Assembly (NCBI GenBank): GCA_002722155.1
Contig: PBKS01000009.1
Coordinates: forward strand, 2,748-66,747
From: Chloroflexota bacterium
GTDB taxonomy: Bacteria; Chloroflexota; Dehalococcoidia; Lucifugimonadales; UBA826
Reading direction: 5' to 3'
Length of the DNA stretch: 64,000 bases
Under the pieces are notes generated by a model. That model made no database searches. It had not been told where the DNA came from and was given only the letters and a program-made list of their open reading frames with translations. Of the stretch, positions 1 to 9,353 are shown piece by piece. Made by a program: the position numbers and the translations under genes. Within the stretch, counting starts at the first letter, position 1; the number at the start of each line of letters is the position of its first letter.

Positions 1-338
1 CAATATCCAGCCCACTTGAGAGTTTGCCTCGGAAAAATGCGATCCCTAAGATCAAAAAAGTTTGTTGTGTCAGAAATGTAGTTTTGATTCTGGTAGGCAT
101 GCCTTATCTACTTTCTGGTGAATCAGGTACCCAGGCAAATTTAACCAAGCAATTTATTCAAGAACTCAAAATGGCCACCAATATACCGATAGAACCCGTC
201 GATGAAAGAATGTCAACGATAGAGGCAAAAAGCCGCCTTAAAGAAGCAGGCCATAAAAACATAAGCAAAAGCAGACGCCAAGGGATTATTGACTCTGCTT
301 CAGCAGCAGTATTCCTAGACGAATATATACAACCATAA
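1..338 (+). CDS. ruvX: Holliday junction resolvase-like RuvX/YqgF, 5' partial (runs off the window start)
   Basis: Frame is open from base 3. C-terminal part matches YqgF layout (LILVGMPYLLSGESGTQA ... PVDERMSTIEAK ... IIDSASAAVFLDEY). The N-terminal GLDxG part is missing. Confidence 0.75.
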   Translation, partial: ISSPLESLPRKNAIPKIKKVCCVRNVVLILVGMPYLLSGESGTQANLTKQFIQELKMATNIPIEPVDERMSTIEAKSRLKEAGHKNISKSRRQGIIDSASAAVFLDEYIQP

Positions 339-348
339 CTTTCTTAAT

Positions 349-1365
349 TTAGAATCTCACTACCATTTGGACTTGAGTAGATGGTTTTATTAATGATTCA
401 AAAGCATCCTGTATCCCGTCCAAGGCCAGAAAATCAGTACTTAATATCATCGGTTCCAAGTCAATTTTGCCGCTAGATATTAGATCGAGAGCTACTTTCC
501 AATCGTATGGTTCAGCACCGAAAGTGGTATTCAATTGAATTTCTTTACCAGCCCAATCTACAGGAAGCATGGGCACACTTTCCCAAGCTAATGCCACCAA
601 CATGACATTACCTTTTTTTCGCACCATATTTAGAGCGGCATCAAGGGTAGGCGGAGCTGCCGCACATTCAAATACGACATGAGGACCATCCCCTTCAGAC
701 AAATTAATTATTGCCGGAATTGCATCCTCCTTAGAAGGGTCAACCACCGCATCAGCACCTAATTTAATTGCAGTATCCCTTCGGGTAGCAGATGGTTCTG
801 ACACAATTACCTTACGAGCCCCAGCTGCTTTGGCCGCTTGTATAGTTAGCAAACCGATGGGGCCTGCCCCAAGAACTGCCACCACATCACCTAATTTCAT
901 ATTTGATAATCTAACCGCCCTGACAGCCACAGAACAAGGTTCTGTCAGAGAGGCATGCAAATCAGTAACGTTATCAGGAATACCCAGCGGCGCCCAATCA
1001 TTCAACAAAGTATATTCAGCATATCCTCTTTTTCGAGTATCGGTAAAGCCTTCTAATCGATAATTGTATTGCTCTTGCCTTCTCAAAGGAGCTTCCATTC
1101 CAGACGGTGGGGTACCTCCACCTCCTATAACTCTGTCACCTTCTTTCCATGCAGTCACTCCAGGGCCAACAGCAGCCACCCTACCACTAAACTCATGCCC
1201 CATCACCGCACCTGCTGGTGCAATGTCATAAAGAAAAGCATGTACATCGGTACCACAAATAGCACTATGACTGATTTTTACCAAAACCTCACCTGGTCCC
1301 GGTTCAGGGACAGGCAATTCTTCAATTACAAGTTTCTGGTTACCTTGGTAGACAGCTGCTTTCAT
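349..1365 (-). CDS. Zn-dependent alcohol dehydrogenase, MDR family (threonine/sorbitol dehydrogenase-like)
   Basis: MKAAVY..., CGTDVH, GHEFSG, GAGPIGL Rossmann motif. I prefer ATG 1365 over 1380 because GGAGGAG lies 6 nt upstream. Confidence 0.85.
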   Translation of the reverse strand: MKAAVYQGNQKLVIEELPVPEPGPGEVLVKISHSAICGTDVHAFLYDIAPAGAVMGHEFSGRVAAVGPGVTAWKEGDRVIGGGGTPPSGMEAPLRRQEQYNYRLEGFTDTRKRGYAEYTLLNDWAPLGIPDNVTDLHASLTEPCSVAVRAVRLSNMKLGDVVAVLGAGPIGLLTIQAAKAAGARKVIVSEPSATRRDTAIKLGADAVVDPSKEDAIPAIINLSEGDGPHVVFECAAAPPTLDAALNMVRKKGNVMLVALAWESVPMLPVDWAGKEIQLNTTFGAEPYDWKVALDLISSGKIDLEPMILSTDFLALDGIQDAFESLIKPSTQVQMVVRF

Positions 1366-1525
1366 GAAAGACTCCTCCATACAACCTTTATCTTAGGATA
1401 GGAGAGGTATTATAAATACTATGGCCAATACAGCAAAATAGAAATATAAAAAGCCGGCTATAGTCCCAATAAATGTTTTGAGACTCAACCGACTTCGATA
1501 AATTGGGGGAAAAGTCTAGTTTGAC

Positions 1526-1780
1526 CTAGTCTTCAACACCATTGTCGCGTAGATAATCAATTGCTGCCTGGACTGTGGTTATTGATTCGGCGTCCTCATC
1601 AGAGATCTCTATTTCGACTCCGTCAGAACTGAATTCTTCCTCAAAGGCCATTATTAATTCAACCAGATCAAGTGAATCAGCATTTAGATCGTCCGTGAAA
1701 GAGGCTTCTGGAACGACCTCTTCCTCATCCACGCTCAATTTCTCTGCTACCACAGCCTGCACTTTTTCAAGTAGCGACAT
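1526..1780 (-). CDS. acpP: Acyl carrier protein
   Basis: [20 protein letters not shown] phosphopantetheine-Ser motif, 84 aa, GGAGG upstream. Confidence 0.9.
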   Translation of the reverse strand: MSLLEKVQAVVAEKLSVDEEEVVPEASFTDDLNADSLDLVELIMAFEEEFSSDGVEIEISDEDAESITTVQAAIDYLRDNGVED

Positions 1781-1803
1781 TTCAATGCCTCCATATTATT
1801 TAC

Positions 1804-2247
1804 TTAATTGTATATAGCGGTACCGACTTTGATATGCGATCCCAGTACCCCGTTAACAAAAGTGGGGGAACTTTCCGACCCATACCTTTTCGATAATTCT
1901 ACAGCTTCATTAATGATCACCTTTTCAGGTACTTTTTCACCACACCATCTCAATTCAGCGATTGCCATTCGGAGGACATTTCGATCCACTACTGCTATTT
2001 GCATCAAAGGCCAATCAGGAGCTAGGTCGCCAATTATATTATCTACTGTTGGGAAGTTCTGAAGTACCTGTCCAACAATGTCATGAGCAAACCCTCGTAT
2101 AGCACCCTTAACCTCCCTCTCATTCAATATCCTTTCCAACACTTGCGTTGCATCATGATCCACCGAGTCATATTCACATAATGCTTGCAGCACCAATGAC
2201 CTGATTTCTCTTCTACTGAAAATAAAGGAGGCAGGGTATATAGTCAC
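1804..2247 (-). CDS. nusB: Transcription antitermination factor NusB
   Basis: RREIRSLVLQALCEYD ... DRNVLRMAIAEL ... VIINEAVELSKRYG ... FVNGVLG, a typical NusB pattern. Confidence 0.85.
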   Translation of the reverse strand: MTIYPASFIFSRREIRSLVLQALCEYDSVDHDATQVLERILNEREVKGAIRGFAHDIVGQVLQNFPTVDNIIGDLAPDWPLMQIAVVDRNVLRMAIAELRWCGEKVPEKVIINEAVELSKRYGSESSPTFVNGVLGSHIKVGTAIYN

Positions 2248-2261
2248 ACTTGCAACTCTTA

Positions 2262-3212
2262 TTAATTCCTACTGATGGCCACAATAGATTCTATATCATT
2301 AACACTCGCCACATTAACTCCCCTGTCAATCTTCTTAACCATCCCCCCCAAAGCTCTTCCAGGTCCTATCTCTAGAAAATTGTCTATTCCCGACTTTATC
2401 ATGAAATCAACCGATTTCTTCCATTGCACACAACCTGAAATCTGAGAGATCAATTCCCCTTTGATCTCTTCACCAGTATGCAGTGGGGTTCCTGTACAAT
2501 TCGCTATGATTGGAACTTCAGGATCATTGAATTTCAATCCATCGATAAAATCCACAAGACCAGCCTTCGCCGGCTCCATCAAACCAGAGTGGAAAGCTCC
2601 TCCCACTTTTAAAGGAATTACTTTTTTCGCCCCTCTGGCATCTGACATATCCATAGCTCTAGCCACAGACATTTTTTCACCACTTATCACAATCTGATCC
2701 TGGGTATTGATATTGGATATGAAAACACCGGATTCTCTAGCGACCTCTTGTAACACCATCTCATCGAGACCCAAAATGGCTGCCATCGTACCTGGATTTG
2801 AATCACACGCGTGCTGCATAAGTTCACTACGTTCCTGGACCAACTTGGCAGTGTCCATCACTGACAAAACCCCTGCTGCTGCAAGAGCAGTGTATTCTCC
2901 AAGACTATGACCGGCCATTAAATAAGGAATCGGTATAGCTTCACTAGGAACATTGGACTTCATAACTTCAATACATGCAAGACTCATTGCCATGATTCCT
3001 GGCTGCGCATTTCTAGTTTCTCGCAGCTCATCTTCCGGACCCTCAAACATGATTTTAGAAAGGGATCTACCCAACGCTTCATCCACCATATCAAATACTT
3101 CTTTACCAGAGTCAGACTCTTTATAGAGGTCTAGACCCATACCGACCGCTTGCGCTCCTTGGCCCGGAAATAGAAAGGCCGTTTTAGAGTTTTTTGCAAA
3201 TGTAAGCGTCAT
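2262..3212 (-). CDS. fabD: Malonyl-CoA:ACP transacylase
   Basis: FLFPGQGAQAVGMG and GHSLGEYTALAAAG active-site motifs, 316 aa. Confidence 0.9.
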   Translation of the reverse strand: MTLTFAKNSKTAFLFPGQGAQAVGMGLDLYKESDSGKEVFDMVDEALGRSLSKIMFEGPEDELRETRNAQPGIMAMSLACIEVMKSNVPSEAIPIPYLMAGHSLGEYTALAAAGVLSVMDTAKLVQERSELMQHACDSNPGTMAAILGLDEMVLQEVARESGVFISNINTQDQIVISGEKMSVARAMDMSDARGAKKVIPLKVGGAFHSGLMEPAKAGLVDFIDGLKFNDPEVPIIANCTGTPLHTGEEIKGELISQISGCVQWKKSVDFMIKSGIDNFLEIGPGRALGGMVKKIDRGVNVASVNDIESIVAISRN

Positions 3213-3245
3213 TATGTTGTCCTTTACCTATTTGAGGAGCAAACT

Positions 3246-3437
3246 CTATATTACAGGTTGATCTGATTTAGTTACATCCCTTCCATTATAGGTACCACAA
3301 CTTGAGCAGGCCCTATGGGGCATACGTGGAGAATGGCATTGTGGACAGGTGGAAAGCGAGGACGGCTTTATAGAATTATGGGCATTGCGTCCACCCTTTC
3401 TTTTACTTGAGTGTTTCTTTTTTGGTAGTGGTGGCAT
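3246..3437 (-). CDS. rpmF: 50S ribosomal protein L32
   Basis: PKKKHSSKRKGGRNAH ... CPQCHSPRMPHRACSSCGTY zinc-ribbon L32 pattern. Confidence 0.9.
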   Translation of the reverse strand: MPPLPKKKHSSKRKGGRNAHNSIKPSSLSTCPQCHSPRMPHRACSSCGTYNGRDVTKSDQPVI

Positions 3438-3455
3438 TATTGCCTCCTTTATGTA

Positions 3456-3980
3456 TTAATCCCTTACTGTATAGTTCTCTAAAAGGGTCATTAATTTTGT
3501 GTCTTTTTTTTTGTTTCTGCAATCACAATCTACATGGTTAAGATTAATCCCACATTCTGTGCATAGGCCCCTACAGTTTTCCATACATTTAAAGTTCAAT
3601 GGAGACTGGAGTGATATGTATTGACCTATTGCGTCAGACAAATCAAGTATATTGTCCTCTCGGATATAAAAATTGTTCTCATCAACTCTTTCGAATCTGT
3701 TCTTTTCTCCTGTTATCAGGTTAATTGTAGGAAAATATTCTTCTTCAATTTGCAAATTTACGGAGTCTTTATATTCCTCTAGGCAGCTACCACATTCTGT
3801 TCTCATTGTGACTATTAAGTGAGCACTCACCCATATACCAACATCAGTTTTCATCAATAAAACCGAACCATCAACACCACATTCATCTGTAATCCAATCG
3901 ACCTCAATACTCCCGCTTAAATTTTCCATTATTTTATTGCCGCTGCTCAGCTTAAGCAAAGTAGCTACTTTAAAATCCAT
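3456..3980 (-). CDS. yceD: DUF177 / YceD-family protein
   Basis: Sits immediately upstream of rpmF as in many bacteria. C-terminal CxxxCxGLCxxCGxNLN motif. ATG 3980 preferred (GAGG 7 nt upstream); the ORF extends to 4022. Confidence 0.75.
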   Translation of the reverse strand: MDFKVATLLKLSSGNKIMENLSGSIEVDWITDECGVDGSVLLMKTDVGIWVSAHLIVTMRTECGSCLEEYKDSVNLQIEEEYFPTINLITGEKNRFERVDENNFYIREDNILDLSDAIGQYISLQSPLNFKCMENCRGLCTECGINLNHVDCDCRNKKKDTKLMTLLENYTVRD

Positions 3981-4211
3981 AATATGCCTCAAATTCCCAG
4001 TACAAAGAGACAATACAAACATCCACTATATCCTTGCTAAAGGAACCTGGTCAACTGAAAAATAGGCTATTTTGAATTAATTTTCCAAGACTAATATACC
4101 TAGAAAATATAAGCATTTGAAAATACTTTACTGTTCGATTACATTGGCTGTATAAACAAAACCATTCTGGTCATAAAATTAATTATAATTTATCGATTAA
4201 AAGGCAGAATC

Positions 4212-5702
4212 ATGACATCTATAGCAAAAAAATACGACGTAGTTGTTGTAGGAGCAGGAAACGCTGCCCTAACAGCCGCATTAGCCGCCGCATCCGAAGG
4301 AGCGAAAGTTGCCATTTTGGAGAAAGCTCCTGAACATCTCAGGGGAGGCAATTCCTACTTTACGGGCGGTCTTTTCCGCTTCGCATACCAAGGGATCGAG
4401 GACATATCAGAGCTGTTACCAGACATGACGGCAAAGGAAAAAGAAAACATAGACGTCGGTTCTTACAAAGAGTCTGAATTTTACTCTGATGTTATGAGAG
4501 TGACTGAAGGTTTATCGGACCCTTCTTTACTTCAAATTTTAACCTCCCAATCATTCCCAACCATGCTCTGGATGAGAGACAAAGGCGTGCCCTGGATACT
4601 TGCCTACGGAAGGCAAGCTTTTAAGCATCAAGGAAAACAAAGATTTTGGGGAGGGCTGATAATCGAAGCTGTCGGCGGAGGGAAGGGATTGTCCGATCGA
4701 CTTTTCGAATTGGTGGAAAGAAATGAAATCGAGGTTTTTTATCAGACAAGCGGAACAAAATTGTCAGTAGATCAACATGGCAGTATAGATGGCATTACGA
4801 TTAAATCGGAATCGGGATTTGAAAAAATCTCCTGCAAATCGGTGGTACTTGCCTGCGGGGGATTCGAAGCGAACTCCGAAATGCGGACGCGATATCTTGG
4901 CCCAGGTTGGGAACTAGCAAAAGTTAGGGGAACCCAATATAACACCGGCGATGGTATAAATATGGCCCTGAACATTGGGGCTCAATCCCATGGACATTGG
5001 AGTGGATGCCATGCTGTCGCGTGGGATTTGAATGCTCCTCCTCACGGCGACAGAAATGTCACTGATTTGTTCCAGAAGCATTCTTATCCATTTGGTCTTA
5101 TAGTAAACGTAGAAGGAGAAAGATTCGTCGACGAAGGGGCCGATCTAAGGAATTACACCTACGCTAAATACGGACGAGAAATATTGAAACAACCTCAAAG
5201 GGTTGCATTTCAACTTTTTGACCAAAAAACTAAGCATCTGCTTAGAGACGAATATTTTATACCTCAGATAACTATGGCAGAAGCGAATACCATAAAGGAA
5301 TTGGCTGAAGGGCTAGATGTTAATCCGACAAAACTAGAAAAAACTATCCACCAATATAACGATGCTGTTCAGGACGGTGACTTTAACCCTACTGCCCTTG
5401 ACGGCAAACACACCGAGGGCATACATCCACCGAAATCCAATTGGGCTCAAAGATTAGATAGCCCTCCCTATTTAGGATACGCGGTGACTTGCGGTATAAC
5501 CTTCACATTCGGCGGGCTTAAAATAGACACAAATACTCAGGTCCAGGACAATTCAGATATGCCCATACCAGGCCTTTTTGCTGCAGGAGAATTGACCGGA
5601 GGTCTCTTCTACAACAACTACCCTGGGGGATCGGGGCTAATGTCAGGTGCGGTATTCGGAAAGATTGCCGGTGAAAATGCCGCCAAGACCGCATTGAATT
5701 AG
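4212..5702 (+). CDS. FAD-dependent dehydrogenase, TcuA / fumarate-reductase flavoprotein family
   Basis: N-terminal VVVVGAGNAALTAALAAASEGAKVAILEKAPEHLRGGNS dinucleotide fold resembles tricarballylate dehydrogenase TcuA. C-terminal GLFAAGELTGG. No tcuB nearby. Confidence 0.75.
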   Translation: MTSIAKKYDVVVVGAGNAALTAALAAASEGAKVAILEKAPEHLRGGNSYFTGGLFRFAYQGIEDISELLPDMTAKEKENIDVGSYKESEFYSDVMRVTEGLSDPSLLQILTSQSFPTMLWMRDKGVPWILAYGRQAFKHQGKQRFWGGLIIEAVGGGKGLSDRLFELVERNEIEVFYQTSGTKLSVDQHGSIDGITIKSESGFEKISCKSVVLACGGFEANSEMRTRYLGPGWELAKVRGTQYNTGDGINMALNIGAQSHGHWSGCHAVAWDLNAPPHGDRNVTDLFQKHSYPFGLIVNVEGERFVDEGADLRNYTYAKYGREILKQPQRVAFQLFDQKTKHLLRDEYFIPQITMAEANTIKELAEGLDVNPTKLEKTIHQYNDAVQDGDFNPTALDGKHTEGIHPPKSNWAQRLDSPPYLGYAVTCGITFTFGGLKIDTNTQVQDNSDMPIPGLFAAGELTGGLFYNNYPGGSGLMSGAVFGKIAGENAAKTALN

Positions 5703-5832
5703 ACTGCTATTTTCTTGACCAATACTCTTTATAAACCTAAAGTAGGTGATCCTATCATCAAGGTAACGATTTAAAAATATATTAAAGATGACCGACTAGC
5801 CAAAACAACTTAAAGAAAAGGGGGATCGAACG

Positions 5833-6720
5833 ATGCAGTATGGTGGCGGCGAATATATATACGAAATTGACCGAGACTGGGGAAAATTACCTGAAGGATA
5901 TGAATTTAACCAAGTAGCTGGGGTCGCAGTAGATAAACAAGATAATGTTTATCTTTTCAACAGAAGTGATCATCAGGTCATGGTATTCAATAAAACTGGG
6001 GAGTTTCTTCAAGCTTGGGATGTCAAATTTTCAAATCCCCATGGGTTACACATCGCACCTGACGGTAGTTTATATTTCGCAGACAGAGATGCGCACGTAA
6101 TTTTGAAATACAGCCCAGACCAAACTCTTTTGCTCACTTTGGGTACCTACAATGTACCATCTAACACAGGCTACGTTGGTGATTCTATGGTCGTCCCTAA
6201 TCCCGCTGGACCCTTTAACCTACCTACCGGGGTTGTCGTGTCTGACGATGGGAATATTTTTGTTTCGGACGGGTACGGTAACTGTAGATTTCATAAATTC
6301 TCCCCGGATGGAGCATTGCTAGACACTTGGGGTGAAGCCGGAAAAGATAATCCAATGGACTTTCATCTACCTCACGGTATTGGCATCAATAGAGAGGGAT
6401 TGTTGGCAATTTGTGATCGTGAAAATGGCAGAATACAGTTTACTGACCAAGACGGAGAATTCATGTTTATATGGGATGGATTCCACCAACCCACCGACAT
6501 AGCATTCGGACCAGACGGCGAAGCATATGTGTCAGAACTTCAACACAGAATTTCTATACTAGATAGCAATGGAAATCTAATATGTAGGTGGGCTGATGTC
6601 AGTAGCTCTTCGCCCGGTGACTTCATAGCCCCTCATGGAATCGCCATAGATTCTTCGACTGATATCTATGTAGGAGAAGTTTTAGAAGGCAGGCGAATAC
6701 AAAAATTTGTAAGGCAGTGA
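5833..6720 (+). CDS. NHL-repeat six-bladed beta-propeller protein (peptidyl-alpha-hydroxyglycine lyase-like)
   Basis: Repeated D..G.(I/L)YV.D motifs (VDKQDNVYLFNR, PDGSLYFADR, DDGNIFVSDGYGN, IAICDRENGRIQ). Paralog of 24057..25007. Confidence 0.7.
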   Translation: MQYGGGEYIYEIDRDWGKLPEGYEFNQVAGVAVDKQDNVYLFNRSDHQVMVFNKTGEFLQAWDVKFSNPHGLHIAPDGSLYFADRDAHVILKYSPDQTLLLTLGTYNVPSNTGYVGDSMVVPNPAGPFNLPTGVVVSDDGNIFVSDGYGNCRFHKFSPDGALLDTWGEAGKDNPMDFHLPHGIGINREGLLAICDRENGRIQFTDQDGEFMFIWDGFHQPTDIAFGPDGEAYVSELQHRISILDSNGNLICRWADVSSSSPGDFIAPHGIAIDSSTDIYVGEVLEGRRIQKFVRQ

Positions 6721-6753
6721 CCAAAAAAGTTATAACGATTTAGGAGACATAAA

Positions 6754-8397
6754 ATGAACGGTGACCAATTAATGGCCAAACTTTTGAAAAAAGAGGGTAC
6801 TGAATGGATTTCTTGCTTTCCCGCACAAACCCTGATTGAGGCCTGTTCACAGGAAGGAATAAGGCCGATTTTGTGTCGACAAGAGCGGGCAGGAGTAAAC
6901 ATGGCGGATGCGTACAGCCGGATTAATAATGGTAATAAAATCGGTGTGTTTACCATGCAACATGGTCCCGGAGCAGAAAATGCTTTTGGGGGAGTAGCGC
7001 AAGCATATGCTGATAATGTTCCAATGCTACTCATACCCGGAGGGTCCACCGAAAGGAGAGTGGGAGTACACCCAGGATTCGACGCCATACCAAATTACCA
7101 ACATATAACCAAATGGGCAGGGCGAATCAACTCAGTTGAACGCATTCCAGAAATGGTAAGTCGAGCATTTACACATATCCGAAACGGTCGCCCGGGCCCA
7201 GTATTACTCGAATTACCTGGGGATGTTGGTCACGCAGAAGTACCTTCCGATATAGAAGAATATCAACCAAGTAGATCATACAAATCGTATGCATCTGATG
7301 AGGATGTGAGAGATATAGTTACTGCGTTATTGAAAGCGGATACTCCGCTGATAAATGCCGGTCAAGGGGCACTATATGCCGAGGCCACCGAGGAATTAGT
7401 AGAATTCGCAGAATTGGTCAATGTCCCTGTCATGACAACCTTGGCAGGTAAAAGTGCCTTTCCGGAAGACCATTCTCTAGCACTCGGAACTGGCGGAAAT
7501 ACAGGAACTTTGATGGTTGATAGATTCTTGCAAACCACAGATTTCGTGTTAGGCATAGGCACAAGTTTTGCAATATCGAGTTTCACTGCTCCTATGCCCA
7601 TAAATGTGACCAAGGCGCAAATTACCAATACAGCGGAAGATATTAATAGGGATTATCGAGTCGAATACGGAGCTGTCGGGGATGCTAAATTAGTATTACA
7701 ACAGCTAATTGAGGAGGCAAAATCTCAGCTAGGGGAACATGGAAGAGGTGATGTACACGGGGTAAAAGAAAAAATTTCTGAGATAAAAGCTGAATTCATG
7801 AAAGAGTGGGGACCTCGGCTGAATTCGGATGAAACTCCTATGAGCCCATATCGGGTATTTAACGAAATGATGCATGCCATTGATCCGAGAGGTGCTATAG
7901 TCACACATGACTCTGGATACCCGAGAAACCAAATTGTTCCATTTTGGCCCGCTCTCACTCCCCGATCCTACATAGGTTGGGGTAAGTCAACACAATTAGG
8001 TTACGGTCTGGGTCTGGCCTTGGGTGCAAAAGTTGCCGCTCCAGATAAATTGGTCATAAATGTCATGGGGGATGCAGCATTTGGAATGTCAGGCTTAGAT
8101 CTAGAAACGGCTAGCAGATCTGAACTTGGAACAATAACAATTGTATTAAACAACGGTGTTATGACTCATTATTATGACCATTTCCCTCATGCTACAGAGA
8201 ATTGGAAAAGTAATGAATTAGGGGGAATATATGCGGATACTGCAAAAAGCTTGGGGGCCCACGGGGAACGAATACATAACCCAGACGAAATAGGTCCTGC
8301 AATGAAGAGGGCTGTTGAGGTGGCCAATGGCGGCCAACCTGTTCTTCTCGAAATGATCACGAAAGAAGAAGAGAATATATCCACATACGGTCGTTAA
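6754..8397 (+). CDS. Thiamine-pyrophosphate-dependent enzyme (acetolactate synthase / sulfoacetaldehyde acetyltransferase-like)
   Basis: Three-domain TPP enzyme layout. GDAAFGMSGLDLETA ... NNG TPP-binding motif. AGGAG upstream of the ATG. Confidence 0.8.
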   Translation: MNGDQLMAKLLKKEGTEWISCFPAQTLIEACSQEGIRPILCRQERAGVNMADAYSRINNGNKIGVFTMQHGPGAENAFGGVAQAYADNVPMLLIPGGSTERRVGVHPGFDAIPNYQHITKWAGRINSVERIPEMVSRAFTHIRNGRPGPVLLELPGDVGHAEVPSDIEEYQPSRSYKSYASDEDVRDIVTALLKADTPLINAGQGALYAEATEELVEFAELVNVPVMTTLAGKSAFPEDHSLALGTGGNTGTLMVDRFLQTTDFVLGIGTSFAISSFTAPMPINVTKAQITNTAEDINRDYRVEYGAVGDAKLVLQQLIEEAKSQLGEHGRGDVHGVKEKISEIKAEFMKEWGPRLNSDETPMSPYRVFNEMMHAIDPRGAIVTHDSGYPRNQIVPFWPALTPRSYIGWGKSTQLGYGLGLALGAKVAAPDKLVINVMGDAAFGMSGLDLETASRSELGTITIVLNNGVMTHYYDHFPHATENWKSNELGGIYADTAKSLGAHGERIHNPDEIGPAMKRAVEVANGGQPVLLEMITKEEENISTYGR

Positions 8398-8407
8398 CTT
8401 GAATTAT

Positions 8408-8460
8408 AAACCGGTATACACAGCGGGCGCCGTCTAGATGGTCGCTGTGTATACCGGTTT
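8408..8460. terminator. 18-bp perfect inverted repeat between convergent genes (candidate bidirectional terminator)
   Basis: AAACCGGTATACACAGCG (8408..8425) pairs with CGCTGTGTATACCGGTTT (8443..8460), with a 17-nt loop. The right arm encodes the last codons of the minus-strand gene. Confidence 0.55.
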
Positions 8461-9351
8461 CAACCCACAGGGTCTAAATTTCAATTTGTGTTGCCTTAAA
8501 CCTGCGATTCCCAAATCGCTGGCATCATTTACCAAGTTATAATCCCGTAACATTCCAAATGTCCTCCATCTAAGATATTCAGACACTCCTGTAATTCCTA
8601 TCGATGTTTTGGCGACAAAAAAACATGCAGTATTTCGATTTATAGGTCCTGCCATAGAGAAACCAACCAATTTCTTATCTAACTCTAATCCCCATGCGCT
8701 CATATCACGAGCATTAAATACCTCAACCGAATGGATCGCCGCCCTGGTATACCCCCAATCAAATAAAAATCTATTTTTCTTCCCTTGAGTGGACCTCCAC
8801 TTACTCAGCAATTCTTCAGCCACAGGAAGATCATTTTTCTCCAATGGAAAAAATACAGGGTTTTGTGCTGCTATTCTGTTAATTCTTTTCCTAACATCTT
8901 TAAATTCTTTGCCTTCCAATCCAAATACGATTTTAGGATCGTACATGTATTCTTTTTCTTTCTCTCTGATATCAATATCTTTGCCAAAAATTTTTTTGAG
9001 ACCATCAACATCATAAGAATCGACCCATAAAATACGAATGTCTGGCTGATCCAAATATTCTTTCATTTGTAAAAGATCTGATTTTATTACAGAGGTCAAA
9101 ATAGCTGGTGGAAGGATAAGATCAACTCTGTTGGAATGCTCTCTAGACAAATATTGCAATATGTAAAAATTATTTCCTTTTTTTAACAAGTAAAGAGGCC
9201 TGCTAGGTGGTAAGCTGTAACATGCAAGGTAAGGAGCAAAATAGGCCCATGAGTGCCTCTCAACCTTGTTGAAAATTTCTCTTAATAGAGGAACATCTGA
9301 GACAGATATCAAATCACACCTATCCGAAAATTTCCTGATTAAATCTTGCAA
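8434..9351 (-). CDS. DUF2156 domain protein (MprF C-terminal / aminoacyl-tRNA-dependent transferase fold), standalone
   Basis: Family-typical blocks KEYMYDPKIVFGLEGKEFKDVRKRINRI and VNDASDLGIAGLRQHKLKFRPCGLKPVY. TTG start lies 2 nt after the upstream stop codon. Confidence 0.7.
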   Translation of the reverse strand: MQDLIRKFSDRCDLISVSDVPLLREIFNKVERHSWAYFAPYLACYSLPPSRPLYLLKKGNNFYILQYLSREHSNRVDLILPPAILTSVIKSDLLQMKEYLDQPDIRILWVDSYDVDGLKKIFGKDIDIREKEKEYMYDPKIVFGLEGKEFKDVRKRINRIAAQNPVFFPLEKNDLPVAEELLSKWRSTQGKKNRFLFDWGYTRAAIHSVEVFNARDMSAWGLELDKKLVGFSMAGPINRNTACFFVAKTSIGITGVSEYLRWRTFGMLRDYNLVNDASDLGIAGLRQHKLKFRPCGLKPVYTATI

Positions 9352-9353
9352 AT

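Noticed and set aside
6666-7088. 140-aa minus-strand ORF spanning the NHL/TPP gene junction
   Set aside because: It is antisense to two well-supported plus-strand genes and its composition is Cys/Pro-rich junk.
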